53,686 nucleotides of DNA, taken from positions 1 through 53,686 of IMG/VR virus record IMGVR_UViG_3300049825_000213; one strand, 5' to 3'. The DNA is from a virus (lineage: Duplodnaviria; Caudoviricetes). Below, one piece after another: positions 8,476 to 16,712 of the stretch. Made by a program: the position numbers and the translations under genes. The notes below the pieces were generated by a model. It searched no databases, was not told the origin of the DNA, and saw only the letters and a program-made list of their open reading frames with translations. Numbering within the stretch: the stretch's first letter is position 1; every line of letters starts with the position of its first letter.

Positions 8476-8791
8476 AATTGATAATTAATGCTTGAGTATC
8501 GAATACCTGAAACCGACCGACGACCAGATAGCGAGGATGGCCCGCCAGCACCCCCCTTGACATCCGCCACGTGCCGCCGCATATTCGGCGCGTCGACTGA
8601 TCCTCGGCATCAATACGGCGGGCGCTTGTCACGTTGCACCGTGACGGCCCCGCCAATATCTCCGGTGCAACGGAATGAATGACCCCAATCTCATAGCTGA
8701 TTTGATACGCGCTGGCGTTGATCCAGCGCTGGTAAATCGCGTGTCTGTTGTCTTGATGCAGGCATCCGCCAGATTACGGGGAGGGTGGTGA

Positions 8792-9265
8792 GTGAATGAC
8801 ATTGGCCGCCCATGGTTATCCGAGAATCACGACCGCGACCACGGGCGGGAGGAAATCGTTGGGCCGGGCGGGTTCGATCACCTCGCAAACATCGCCGAGA
8901 AAGAAGTCCTGCGAAATAAAAAAGCGCTGGAACTATCTTGCGTATGCGAAAGCCCGATTGAGCTTGAATTAGGATCGTACCTTCTCATCCACCTTAAAGA
9001 CCCAAGACTGACTTTGGTTCCACAGCATCCTTGGCGGGGCTTTCGGATGGACTTTGCTCTCATGCGCGACGGTCTGCCGGTCCTGTTTATCGAATGCGAC
9101 GGTCGTGAGTGGCACTCAACGCAGACACAATTGGAAAGGGATGCGCGCAAAAACGCCGCAGCTGATTCCGCTGGCATTCCGCTGATCAGGTTCACCGGGT
9201 CTGAAATTTTCAAGAACGCGAACGGCATTGCGCGATTGGTCGCGTCCCAGGCACGGCAATCATGA
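8792..9265 (+). CDS. DUF559/Vsr-like endonuclease-domain protein
   Basis: ESPIE, PQH, FRMDFAL, IECDGREWH, RD and IRFTGSEI motifs. Confidence 0.85.
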   Translation: MNDIGRPWLSENHDRDHGREEIVGPGGFDHLANIAEKEVLRNKKALELSCVCESPIELELGSYLLIHLKDPRLTLVPQHPWRGFRMDFALMRDGLPVLFIECDGREWHSTQTQLERDARKNAAADSAGIPLIRFTGSEIFKNANGIARLVASQARQS

Positions 9266-9396
9266 TCAGCCCTGCCGAAATGCAATCGCTTATTTCGCTC
9301 AAACTGACCCCTGAGCAGTTTCAGGGCGTGCTCACGATATTGGCGGGAAGACAAGGTGCCGACGACGCCCGGCGCGCGCGGGGGGCCGTCCAATGA
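9262..9396 (+). CDS. 44-aa ORF, possibly the N-terminal relic of another initiator gene
   Basis: Hand-translated MISPAEMQSLISLKLTPEQFQGVLTIL; ATGA overlaps on both sides. Confidence 0.4.
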   Translation: MISPAEMQSLISLKLTPEQFQGVLTILAGRQGADDARRARGAVQ

Positions 9397-10013
9397 TCTG
9401 GCCGACCCTTCTGCAACTCATCAAGGCGGGCGTAACAGGTGACGCGCTTGTTACGGCAATCCGCGAGATCGAGGAAGGTTCCGTGCCAAAGCGTAGTTCT
9501 GCGGCCGAACGCCAAGCCCAGTACCGTGAACGCAAAGCACGTGACGTAACGTTACGTAACGTTACGTCACGTGACGTAACAAACGTAACAATTCCGCCCT
9601 CTAAGAAAGAAAGTAAGAACCAAGAAACAGGTAAAGAACCTGTTTCTTGCGACGGACCAACGCAGGCTGAGTTGGAAAAAGCGTATTACGCCCGCGGTCG
9701 CCAAGTCTGCGGCAAGCAATCCGGTGGTTTGCTCACAGCCCTACTGAAGGCAAAAGAATACCAAGTTCCGCTCGCCCGCGCCGTGATCGAGACGGCATCC
9801 ACGAAACATGACCCACGCGAATACGTCGCGGCAGCATCCCGGAGCAAAGCCAATGACCCCAAATCAGCCATCGCAGCGGCCGACCGACTCATCGACAAGC
9901 TCGGCGGAATGGAAGCCGCCCAAGCCTACGTCCCCGGTTCTAGCGGACCCACGCCGCTCAGCCTGGATTTCGGCGAAATCTCGCCAAGTCCTAAGCTCAT
10001 ATCGTCGCGATGA
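9393..10013 (+). CDS. Putative replication initiator (lambda O-like position)
   Basis: AERQAQYRERK followed by VT-rich segment encoded by internal iterons; position in the early right operon. Confidence 0.7.
   Translation: MIWPTLLQLIKAGVTGDALVTAIREIEEGSVPKRSSAAERQAQYRERKARDVTLRNVTSRDVTNVTIPPSKKESKNQETGKEPVSCDGPTQAELEKAYYARGRQVCGKQSGGLLTALLKAKEYQVPLARAVIETASTKHDPREYVAAASRSKANDPKSAIAAADRLIDKLGGMEAAQAYVPGSSGPTPLSLDFGEISPSPKLISSR
9538..9590. repeat. Probable replication origin: perfect 36-bp palindrome built from GT(A/T/G/C)AC pentamers
   Basis: CACGTGACGTAACGTTAC|GTAACGTTACGTCACGTG at 9538-9573, then further GTAAC units and an A-rich tract. Confidence 0.7.
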
Positions 10014-10437
10014 CTTCGCTGACCCGGACGGGTTCCTGATCCAGGTTGGCATGGTGTTGGAGCGCTATGCCGACGCGATTATCGATTTTGCAACGCACCC
10101 CGTGACCGGCATTCAGCGCGTGTCGAAGTGGCCGCCATCGATTGCCGAGGTCGTGAGCCATTGCGACACCGAGGTCGCGCGTCTCGACAAGATCAAACAC
10201 TACCGCGAGATGACGCCACTTCCGCAACTTCCGCGACCACTCCTCCCGCCGGGAGAAGACTTCGACGCGATGGTCGCCAAGCACGGCCGCCCGCTCGGGC
10301 CGAATGAACGTGGGACGGTGTACGAGAATTACGCCGGCCGGCAGGTGGTGATGGGTCGCAAGGCTGGCGAGTTCAAGAAATTCACGGTCGAGGATTTACA
10401 GCGCCTCTACGCGCGGCACGACGAGGCGGTTCTATGA
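9853..10437 (+). CDS. Putative helicase loader/initiator partner
   Basis: Follows the initiator; GIQRVSKWPPSIAEV motif. Confidence 0.5.
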   Translation: MTPNQPSQRPTDSSTSSAEWKPPKPTSPVLADPRRSAWISAKSRQVLSSYRRDDFADPDGFLIQVGMVLERYADAIIDFATHPVTGIQRVSKWPPSIAEVVSHCDTEVARLDKIKHYREMTPLPQLPRPLLPPGEDFDAMVAKHGRPLGPNERGTVYENYAGRQVVMGRKAGEFKKFTVEDLQRLYARHDEAVL

Positions 10438-10474
10438 AGACGCCATTCCGGCGCGAAGAAAGTGGAGAATCACT

Positions 10475-10753
10475 ATGAGCGACTTAGCTACTTGGAAATG
10501 TCACAAGATCGTCAAAGCCGGGAAAATTCTCCCGGTGCAAATAGTTAACGACGATGGTGAGGGGACATCAATCGTAACTGTGGAGGATCGCAACGGGGCG
10601 CCATGCGCAATCGCGGTTCGGGGAGGTTTTTTTGCGCGCGGAATGCCAGGCGTCGGCGACTACCTTGTGATCTACGAGGACGGGTACAAATCATGGTCGC
10701 CGGCCAAAGCATTGGAGGACTGGTATGGGCGCCAAGACGGGACTGCGGCATGA
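10475..10753 (+). CDS. Conserved phage hypothetical protein
   Basis: CHKIVKA...GDYLVIYEDGYKSWSPAKALE; GGAG RBS. Confidence 0.7.
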   Translation: MSDLATWKCHKIVKAGKILPVQIVNDDGEGTSIVTVEDRNGAPCAIAVRGGFFARGMPGVGDYLVIYEDGYKSWSPAKALEDWYGRQDGTAA

Positions 10754-10923
10754 CTGAGGATTGCACCATAAGTGACGACATCCTGAGATTCTGGACGCAA
10801 CGGTTCAATACTGTGTCGATTGCCAAGTTTACACAGCTGCCAGAGCACCTGGTGGAGCGGCTGCTCCATGCCGAGATGGAGCGCCGGCGCCAGGAGCAGG
10901 TCAGAGAGGAGACGGTGATATGA
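10750..10923 (+). CDS. Small HTH-like hypothetical protein
   Basis: FNTVSIAKFTQLPEHLVERLL; ATGA coupling. Confidence 0.5.
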   Translation: MTEDCTISDDILRFWTQRFNTVSIAKFTQLPEHLVERLLHAEMERRRQEQVREETVI

Positions 10924-11016
10924 ACAATATTCCTACCGCGCAATGCCGTGGAAGCGCGCCAAAGCTCTCCCGCAACATAGTAACGAGCTTTTTGACGCTT
11001 GTATTCCACCCGCGAA

Positions 11017-11586
11017 ATGGAGAGCGAAATGGGTAAAAAGCGATGGAAGCTCAGGCCTGGCCGGCCCCGGTCAACGACTGCCGTGCGCAATGCGGCTGGA
11101 ACCTACACCAGACAGCCTGAGGCGGTCAGCAATGAGGTTCTGGCCGTCCGCCGCCGCCACGCCGTCGCGGCCGGAGTGCTCGCCAGCGAGGCGCTCAACC
11201 CGTTGGCTGGCTATACGCTGGGACAGATCAAATTGCGAGGCGGCATCAGCGAACGGCAGTTCTCGGTCGGTGAAGCATGGGCCAAGCTCGTGCGACGGCA
11301 CGCATCAGTCATGGGCTACCTCCACCAGGGGCTAAAATCTCCGGCAGCCATCATGGTCCCTGGTATGGCATGCACAGAGGAGATAGACGAGGAGGATATC
11401 ATTGCTGTGCGCCGGCGCTGGTCGGAGGGCTACCGGGCCCTCATGGAGGTTTGCCGCGATCACGGATTTGCGGTGAGGGACATCGTCTATGCCGTATGCG
11501 TCGACGACCGGCCAATCTCACAGGTGTCGGAGGCTGACGTTGCCAACCTCCGAATTGGGCTAAACGCTCTAGGGAGAGTGATATGA
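11017..11586 (+). CDS. Hypothetical protein, candidate late-transcription regulator
   Basis: Basic GRPR N-terminus; near the end of the early right operon (Q-like position). Confidence 0.5.
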   Translation: MESEMGKKRWKLRPGRPRSTTAVRNAAGTYTRQPEAVSNEVLAVRRRHAVAAGVLASEALNPLAGYTLGQIKLRGGISERQFSVGEAWAKLVRRHASVMGYLHQGLKSPAAIMVPGMACTEEIDEEDIIAVRRRWSEGYRALMEVCRDHGFAVRDIVYAVCVDDRPISQVSEADVANLRIGLNALGRVI

Positions 11587-11813
11587 GCGCAACATTTACC
11601 GACGCCGACGTGCGGGACAAGCTGCGTGACCGCCTGCGACTATTGGCAGAGCGTATAGCAAGGGCTCATGCGCATGGCGCCAATGGCCAAATCCACGTTA
11701 CATTTACAGATCACGATGATGTGATAGCCGCCTGCGTGGTCGTCGGGCGATGCTACATCGACGAACCACCGGAGGAATCAGGACCATTCCAGCGCATCGG
11801 CCAGCTTGGCTAA
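11583..11813 (+). CDS. Hypothetical protein
   Basis: 76-aa ORF with ATGA coupling. Confidence 0.45.
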   Translation: MSATFTDADVRDKLRDRLRLLAERIARAHAHGANGQIHVTFTDHDDVIAACVVVGRCYIDEPPEESGPFQRIGQLG

Positions 11814-12029
11814 CCTCGGAGAGGCTGCTATAGGCCGCGTCGGCATGTAGCGCCGACGGGTGGTGTTATAGGCCAAGACTGGATGTTCGGCGAGCAGGGC
11901 GTCAAAATCCTGCGTCGCCATTGACACAGACATCCCGAATGTGCGGGCCACATCCATCCTGGACACCTCTCCGGCGGTACTTAGCCGCCAGAGGATGTAG
12001 TCGCGGCGGAGGGCTGGGAAATAGGTCAC
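11778..12029 (-). CDS. Winged-HTH protein
   Basis: GEVSRMDVARTFGMSVSMATQDF...YNTTRRRY resembles the HTH found N-terminal to WYL domains. Confidence 0.65.
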   Translation of the reverse strand: MTYFPALRRDYILWRLSTAGEVSRMDVARTFGMSVSMATQDFDALLAEHPVLAYNTTRRRYMPTRPIAASPRLAKLADALEWS

Positions 12030-12144
12030 GGGCCATTCCTCTTGCGCCTCAGGGCGGTTTTGCCGGCCTTTCTGCCCCCGAGGCCGGCGCCGGGGTTGAA
12101 TTTGCTCGCGCCCGTGAATAGCGTCGGGCGCAGAGCAACCGCAG

Positions 12145-12378
12145 CTATAAATACTCGGAATTGATATCTATCGTTGTGTTGCCCCAATGCAACACTGTCT
12201 CGTTTGTGTTGCGCCATGCTGTGAGGCATATCAACTTAAATTCTTCCGGAGTGGGTTCATTCCACATCCTATCTTCGTCACCCTCGCTGGCGATTTCAAA
12301 TATTGCCAACGCAATTTCAGGGCTGGTTTCGCGGGTGGACGCGAATGTTGCGATATTAGCTGGTATATGCTTGGCCAT
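12145..12378 (-). CDS. Hypothetical protein (MAKHIPANI...), first gene of a reverse-strand moron
   Basis: ATG 12378 after a GGGAGAG RBS and a strong promoter. Confidence 0.65.
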   Translation of the reverse strand: MAKHIPANIATFASTRETSPEIALAIFEIASEGDEDRMWNEPTPEEFKLICLTAWRNTNETVLHWGNTTIDINSEYL

Positions 12379-12382
12379 CTCT

Positions 12383-12438
12383 CTCTCCCGTTGCCGTCTC
12401 AGTATGTACATAATAACTGAGAGGTCACAAAAAGTCAA
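12383..12438 (-). promoter_or_regulatory. Sigma70 promoter plus copy 2 of the 39-bp leader element
   Basis: TTGACT (12438-12433), 17-bp spacer, TATTAT (12415-12410). Confidence 0.8.
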
Positions 12439-12443
12439 CACAT

Positions 12444-12494
12444 ATTATGATCACAAAGTCGTGATCATAATCACGGAAACGTGAACACTTGACA
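12444..12494. promoter_or_regulatory. Operator-like inverted repeat and -35 box of the probable late promoter
   Basis: ATTATGATCAC-6nt-GTGATCATAAT at 12444-12471; TTGACA at 12489-12494. Confidence 0.55.
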
Positions 12495-12530
12495 GTAGGT
12501 TGAAATGTTGGCAATGTACGTAAATTATAG

Positions 12531-12840
12531 GGTGCAGGAGCCGTCACGGCGCCACAACAACTCCGTCTGCATGGTTAATGATCCGGCCCAATCATGCCAT
12601 GTCATCCGAGTAAATGACCACCAAAGACCTGGTTAGTGGCCAGCCCGCAAGGCCTCGCATGACTACACCATACGAGGTGCCCTTACGGGTGCGGAAACGG
12701 CGCGGAGCCATATCATGTAATCCTAGATGCGAGGAGCCGGCAAGTTCTCGGGAGGTATCTCTACAGGCGAGCAGCGGCGTCTGCCAGATCGTATCGGGCG
12801 GCCTCCCAGGTTCCATACCGCAGTCGATCGACCGCTGCAA
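12531..12840 (+). ncRNA. Candidate structured RNA leader of the late operon
   Basis: Dense nested complementary segments and no convincing ORF (see findings). Confidence 0.45.
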
Positions 12841-12872
12841 AAACACACGTGTGACAAAAGGACGCATGCAAA

Positions 12873-13040
12873 ATGCAGCCAAATGATGTCGTCCGACAGG
12901 GCCACACCATCGCCAATGCCGACCTGCGGTTCATCGAGCGCAATGGCCGGCCCATCCTACAGCAACGATACATCTCAGACGACGACCAGCAGGTCATGAC
13001 ATGGCGCGATGTGCCATTGGCAGATGAGGCAGAACAGTAA
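12873..13040 (+). CDS. Small phage protein
   Basis: Hand-translated 55 aa, LRFIER...ILQQRY...WRDVP; TAATG coupling to terS. Confidence 0.6.
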   Translation: MQPNDVVRQGHTIANADLRFIERNGRPILQQRYISDDDQQVMTWRDVPLADEAEQ

Positions 13041-13525
13041 TGCGGACAGGCAGGCCACCTGATTATAATCCAGGATTGTGTGATAAGGCTAGGAAACTTT
13101 GCGAACTTGGCGCAACTGACAGGGAAATAGCTGATTTCTTTGAAGTTTCTGAGCGAACAATACATCGCTGGAAAATTGAACATCAAGATTTTTGTCACTC
13201 CTTAAAGACTGCCAAGGAGACCGCCGACGAGCGTGTCGAGCGTTCTCTGTACCATCGGGCGATCGGCTATTCGTTCGACAGCGTCAAGATATTCAACGAT
13301 AAGGGGGTTTCGTTGGAGGTCCCATTCATCGAGCACGTGCCCCCCGACACCACGGCGGCTATATTCTGGCTGAAGAACCGCCGGCCCGACCAATGGCGCG
13401 AGAAAACGACACAGGAGGTGACTGGCGCTGATGGCAAGCCGCTCATTCCCGAGCAGACTGCCTCGGACACGGCCCGGCGCCTGGCGTTTCTTCTCTTCAA
13501 TACTCCTGATCCACCAAAGGGATAG
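13040..13525 (+). CDS. terS: Terminase small subunit
   Basis: GRPPDY, GATDREIADFFEVSERTIHRWK HTH, PPDTTAAIFWLKNR, EVTGADG. Confidence 0.88.
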   Translation: MRTGRPPDYNPGLCDKARKLCELGATDREIADFFEVSERTIHRWKIEHQDFCHSLKTAKETADERVERSLYHRAIGYSFDSVKIFNDKGVSLEVPFIEHVPPDTTAAIFWLKNRRPDQWREKTTQEVTGADGKPLIPEQTASDTARRLAFLLFNTPDPPKG

Positions 13526-13530
13526 CTGTC

Positions 13531-13917
13531 ATGAGCGTGAACATTGTCACCATCCCGGTCGTGACATCGGCGGGCGGGGCATTTACGATTGAACTCACGG
13601 TTAGTGGATTCCTGCAGCAATATCGGTATGTGCCGGACGGCGGCACGCCCCTGGACACCGGCGCTGACGTGACGCTGGTGGGCAAGACGAGCGGGTTTTC
13701 TTATCTCAACCTGGTCAATATTGGCACCACGGCATTCCAGCGGCTCCCGCGGCATGCGACATCTGACGAGCAGGGCGTGGCATCGCTGTATGCGGTTGCT
13801 GGCGAGCCGATTGAGGATCGCATGTATTCCGGGCCTGAGATACTCACATTCACCGTCGCGCAGGGCGGTGCCACCAAGCTCGGCACGTTTTACCTATGGT
13901 TTGAGCGGCCTGAGTAG
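13531..13917 (+). CDS. Hypothetical beta-rich, probably structural protein
   Basis: 128-aa Thr/Gly/Val-rich ORF. Confidence 0.6.
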   Translation: MSVNIVTIPVVTSAGGAFTIELTVSGFLQQYRYVPDGGTPLDTGADVTLVGKTSGFSYLNLVNIGTTAFQRLPRHATSDEQGVASLYAVAGEPIEDRMYSGPEILTFTVAQGGATKLGTFYLWFERPE

Positions 13918-14118
13918 CTTTTCCTGGGCTCGCCAGCTTCGCTTTGCGGCTGCCCACTTGGCCTTTCGTCGGGCGCATACTTGGCAGATTTCCGGCTGTA
14001 GAGGCGGGCAAGACTTAGGGTGGTGCGACTTCTCGACTTCTTGGCATAGGGCCATGATGTCGACGTTACGCGGCATTGCTCGCCGGATTCGGGCGATGAT
14101 TGAGAGAATTGGTTCCAT
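13894..14118 (-). CDS. Small basic protein with CxxC and Arg/Lys-rich helix
   Basis: ATG 14118 with GAAAGG RBS; CQVCARRKAKWAAAKRSWR. Confidence 0.6.
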   Translation of the reverse strand: MEPILSIIARIRRAMPRNVDIMALCQEVEKSHHPKSCPPLQPEICQVCARRKAKWAAAKRSWRAQEKLLRPLKP

Positions 14119-14135
14119 TTTATGCCTTTCTGCTG

Positions 14136-14232
14136 TGTCCGGTGGACGCAAACGGCCCGTCCACCGGACAGTATCCGATTTGCGGCGTTTGTCCACCGGA
14201 CAGGTTCAGATAGACGGCCTGTCCGGTGGACA
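14136..14232. repeat. Four-copy TGTCC-N3-GGAC(A) array forming two perfect inverted repeats
   Basis: 13-bp arms 14136-14148/14158-14170 and 15-bp arms 14190-14204/14218-14232. Confidence 0.9.
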
Positions 14233-14289
14233 GGGTAACAGTGCGTACTCCGCCTAGCAACAACAACAGCACGCATATAGGAGACGACC

Positions 14290-14754
14290 ATGCCATCACC
14301 TGCCAGCTATCAGAGTTCAATTCGCGGGAACCGTTTCGGCCTCGACCTTGTGGGCGGGCCGGTATTCCCGTTTCAGACCAGGCCCCCAATCTGGGGCGGC
14401 GGCGCGTTCACGTCGGATGCGACTGCCGGCGCCCGGACCTATACGTCGGCCGAAATCCTCGGTGGCGTGATTGTGCGTGATCCGAATGGCGCGTCCCGCA
14501 CTGACACGCTCCCGACTGCGGCCCTTCTGGTTGCCGCGATCATTGGCGCTCAGGTCGGGGATGTCGTCCGGTGTTACATTGTCAATGGTGCTGACGCGGC
14601 TGAGACCATCACGGTCAATGCCGGGACTGGTGGTACCTATGATACCAACGAGACGGCGGTCTCTCGGCTGATTGGCCAGAATGCGTCCAAGTGGGTACAC
14701 ATTCGGTTGACCAACGTCACCACGGGCGCCGAGGCGTACGCAGTTTGCATGTGA
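14290..14754 (+). CDS. Hypothetical protein, probably virion decoration-like
   Basis: GGAG RBS; TYTSAEILGGVIVRDPNGASRTDTLPTAALLVAAI pattern. Confidence 0.65.
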   Translation: MPSPASYQSSIRGNRFGLDLVGGPVFPFQTRPPIWGGGAFTSDATAGARTYTSAEILGGVIVRDPNGASRTDTLPTAALLVAAIIGAQVGDVVRCYIVNGADAAETITVNAGTGGTYDTNETAVSRLIGQNASKWVHIRLTNVTTGAEAYAVCM

Positions 14755-14767
14755 TGGGTGGTGGGCC

Positions 14768-16390
14768 TTGAATCTCGATGAACTTCGGCTATTGGTCCGG
14801 GAAATGGACCCGAGCAAGCAGGTAGAGTTCATTGAGGCTCGGTTGAAGGCGTTGCCGGCTGAACAGCAGGCGGCTGTCATCGAGGGGGCAAACGAAGCCA
14901 CTGCTGGAATGAGGTGGGTGCCAAATCCGGGCAGGCAGTCAGAGGCGTACCACTCGCTCGCTGATGTGCTGTTGTTTGGCGGTTCACCTGGGGGTGGCAA
15001 GAGCTCTTTAATTCTCGGGTGTGCGTTCAACCAGCATGAACGATCACTGATCATGCGCCGGCAGTATGGGCAACTCGAACGACTGATTGATGACGCGTTG
15101 AAGATTCACGGGTCACGAGTTGGGTTTAACGGCTCGCCGCCGCCGCGACTACGTATCAACGAAAAGAAAATCATCAATTTCCGTGCTGCCGAGCATGTTG
15201 GTGATGAGCAGGCCACAATGGGGCAGGGCCGCGATCTGCTCGGGATTGACGAGGCGACGCACTTTGCCGAGTCGCAGATTCGGTTTTTGATGGGTTGGGT
15301 GCGCACAGAAACGCCCGGCCAGCGGTGTCGCACCATTTTGGCGACCAATCCGCCGCTCACGGCCGAGGGTCTGTGGGTGGTCAAGATGTTTGCGCCTTGG
15401 CTTGACCCTACCCATCCCGATCCTGCCATGCCTGGTGAACTACGGTGGGTTGTGTCGGACGAGGAAGGCAAAGATGAGTGGGTATCTGGCCCTGACGATA
15501 CGCGTGAAATACAGGGCAGGATAATCCGGCCGTTCTCGCGGACCTACATTCCGGCTGAGGTAAAAGACAATCCGTATTATGCTGGAAGCGACTATCAAAG
15601 AACTCTCGACGCGATGCCGGAGCCGTTTCGCTCGCAGCTTCTCGGAGGGTTTCGGACGGCATTTAAGGACGACGACTTCCAGCTCATCCCGACTGCCTGG
15701 ATCGAGGCGGCAATGGCCCGGTGGCGGCCTGACGGACACAAGAATTTCCTGATGACGGCCATGGCGATCGACCCTGCCGATGGTGGCAAGGATGAGCAGG
15801 TCATCGGCGCGCGATATGGGGGCTGGTATGCGCCGCTCAATGTGGCCAAGGGAGAGATCACCGCAGACCCTGCCCGGGCCTTTGGGCATATTATGGCGAC
15901 TCGCCGCGATAACGCCCCTGTTGTTGTTGATACTGGTGGTGGGTATGGCGGCAAGATTTCTATCCGTCTTGGCGACAATCGCGTCCCATTTGTGGCCTAC
16001 AACGGTGCGAACAGTTCCACGAAGGTGAGCCGTGGTAGCAAAATTCCGTATGCCAACAAGCGTGCGGAGGCGTGGTTTGGATTCCGGGACGAGCTCGACC
16101 CTGACCAGCAGGGCGGTTCGGCCATCGCGCTGCCCAACGACGCGGAGCTCAAGGCGGACCTGGCAGCTGTACGATATGATGCTCAAAAGCTGCAGGTTCG
16201 TGGTGTCTATCAGATTGAGAGCAAGGAAGATTTACGAAAGCGTCTTGGCCGCTCGACGGGCAAGGGCGACACGGTTGTGATGTGCCTGACTGAAGGGCAA
16301 CGGGCTATTGAGAAGATGAACCGGAGCAACCCGGCGAGCGTGCCGGCGAAGGCAAATTTAGGTTATGCTAAGCTGAAGGGGCGGCGATGA
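14768..16390 (+). CDS. terL: Terminase large subunit
   Basis: Walker A GGSPGGGKS, Walker B LGIDEA, ATNP, nuclease AIDPADGGKD and C-terminal GRSTGKGD. Confidence 0.93.
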   Translation: MNLDELRLLVREMDPSKQVEFIEARLKALPAEQQAAVIEGANEATAGMRWVPNPGRQSEAYHSLADVLLFGGSPGGGKSSLILGCAFNQHERSLIMRRQYGQLERLIDDALKIHGSRVGFNGSPPPRLRINEKKIINFRAAEHVGDEQATMGQGRDLLGIDEATHFAESQIRFLMGWVRTETPGQRCRTILATNPPLTAEGLWVVKMFAPWLDPTHPDPAMPGELRWVVSDEEGKDEWVSGPDDTREIQGRIIRPFSRTYIPAEVKDNPYYAGSDYQRTLDAMPEPFRSQLLGGFRTAFKDDDFQLIPTAWIEAAMARWRPDGHKNFLMTAMAIDPADGGKDEQVIGARYGGWYAPLNVAKGEITADPARAFGHIMATRRDNAPVVVDTGGGYGGKISIRLGDNRVPFVAYNGANSSTKVSRGSKIPYANKRAEAWFGFRDELDPDQQGGSAIALPNDAELKADLAAVRYDAQKLQVRGVYQIESKEDLRKRLGRSTGKGDTVVMCLTEGQRAIEKMNRSNPASVPAKANLGYAKLKGRR

Positions 16391-16503
16391 TGGCGGATAG
16401 TTCAAAGTCAATTGAACTGCAAAAACGAGGGCGGGAAGCGCGCGCGCGCGGCGAGCCGGAAGTCAACATTGGCTATGCCAAGCTCAAGAGGCTATCATCA
16501 TGA
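16387..16503 (+). pseudogene. 38-aa ORF duplicating the TerL C-terminal tail
   Basis: ...VNIGYAKLKR versus TerL ...ANLGYAKLKG. Confidence 0.5.
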
Positions 16504-16712
16504 ATTTGTTCAAGCAAAAAGTTCCGGCTCCAACACCTGCCTCTCCGATGCCTGATCCAGAGGTGGCTGGCATGGCAGCGCGGCGCGCGGCTGAGGCAGC
16601 TGCACTTGCGCGGGCTGGCCGGGCCTCGACCATTCTGACGGCGCCGTCAACGCGGGACAAAGCTGCGGCGCCGACGTATGACACCTACAGCGCGAAGTCA
16701 TTGGGAACCTGA
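16500..16712 (+). CDS. Small Pro/Ala-rich virion protein preceding the portal
   Basis: PMPDPE...GRASTILT pattern; synteny with podovirus head modules. Confidence 0.7.
   Translation: MNLFKQKVPAPTPASPMPDPEVAGMAARRAAEAAALARAGRASTILTAPSTRDKAAAPTYDTYSAKSLGT

Noticed and set aside
12592-12999. Overlapping ORFs 12592..12882, 12614..12886 and 12727..12999
   Set aside because: No RBS and non-protein-like composition; the region is better explained as structured RNA plus the 12873..13040 gene.
14136-14232. Mini-CRISPR or IS ends
   Set aside because: Repeats are only 12-15 bp, alternate in orientation, have 9-19 bp gaps, and there is no transposase.
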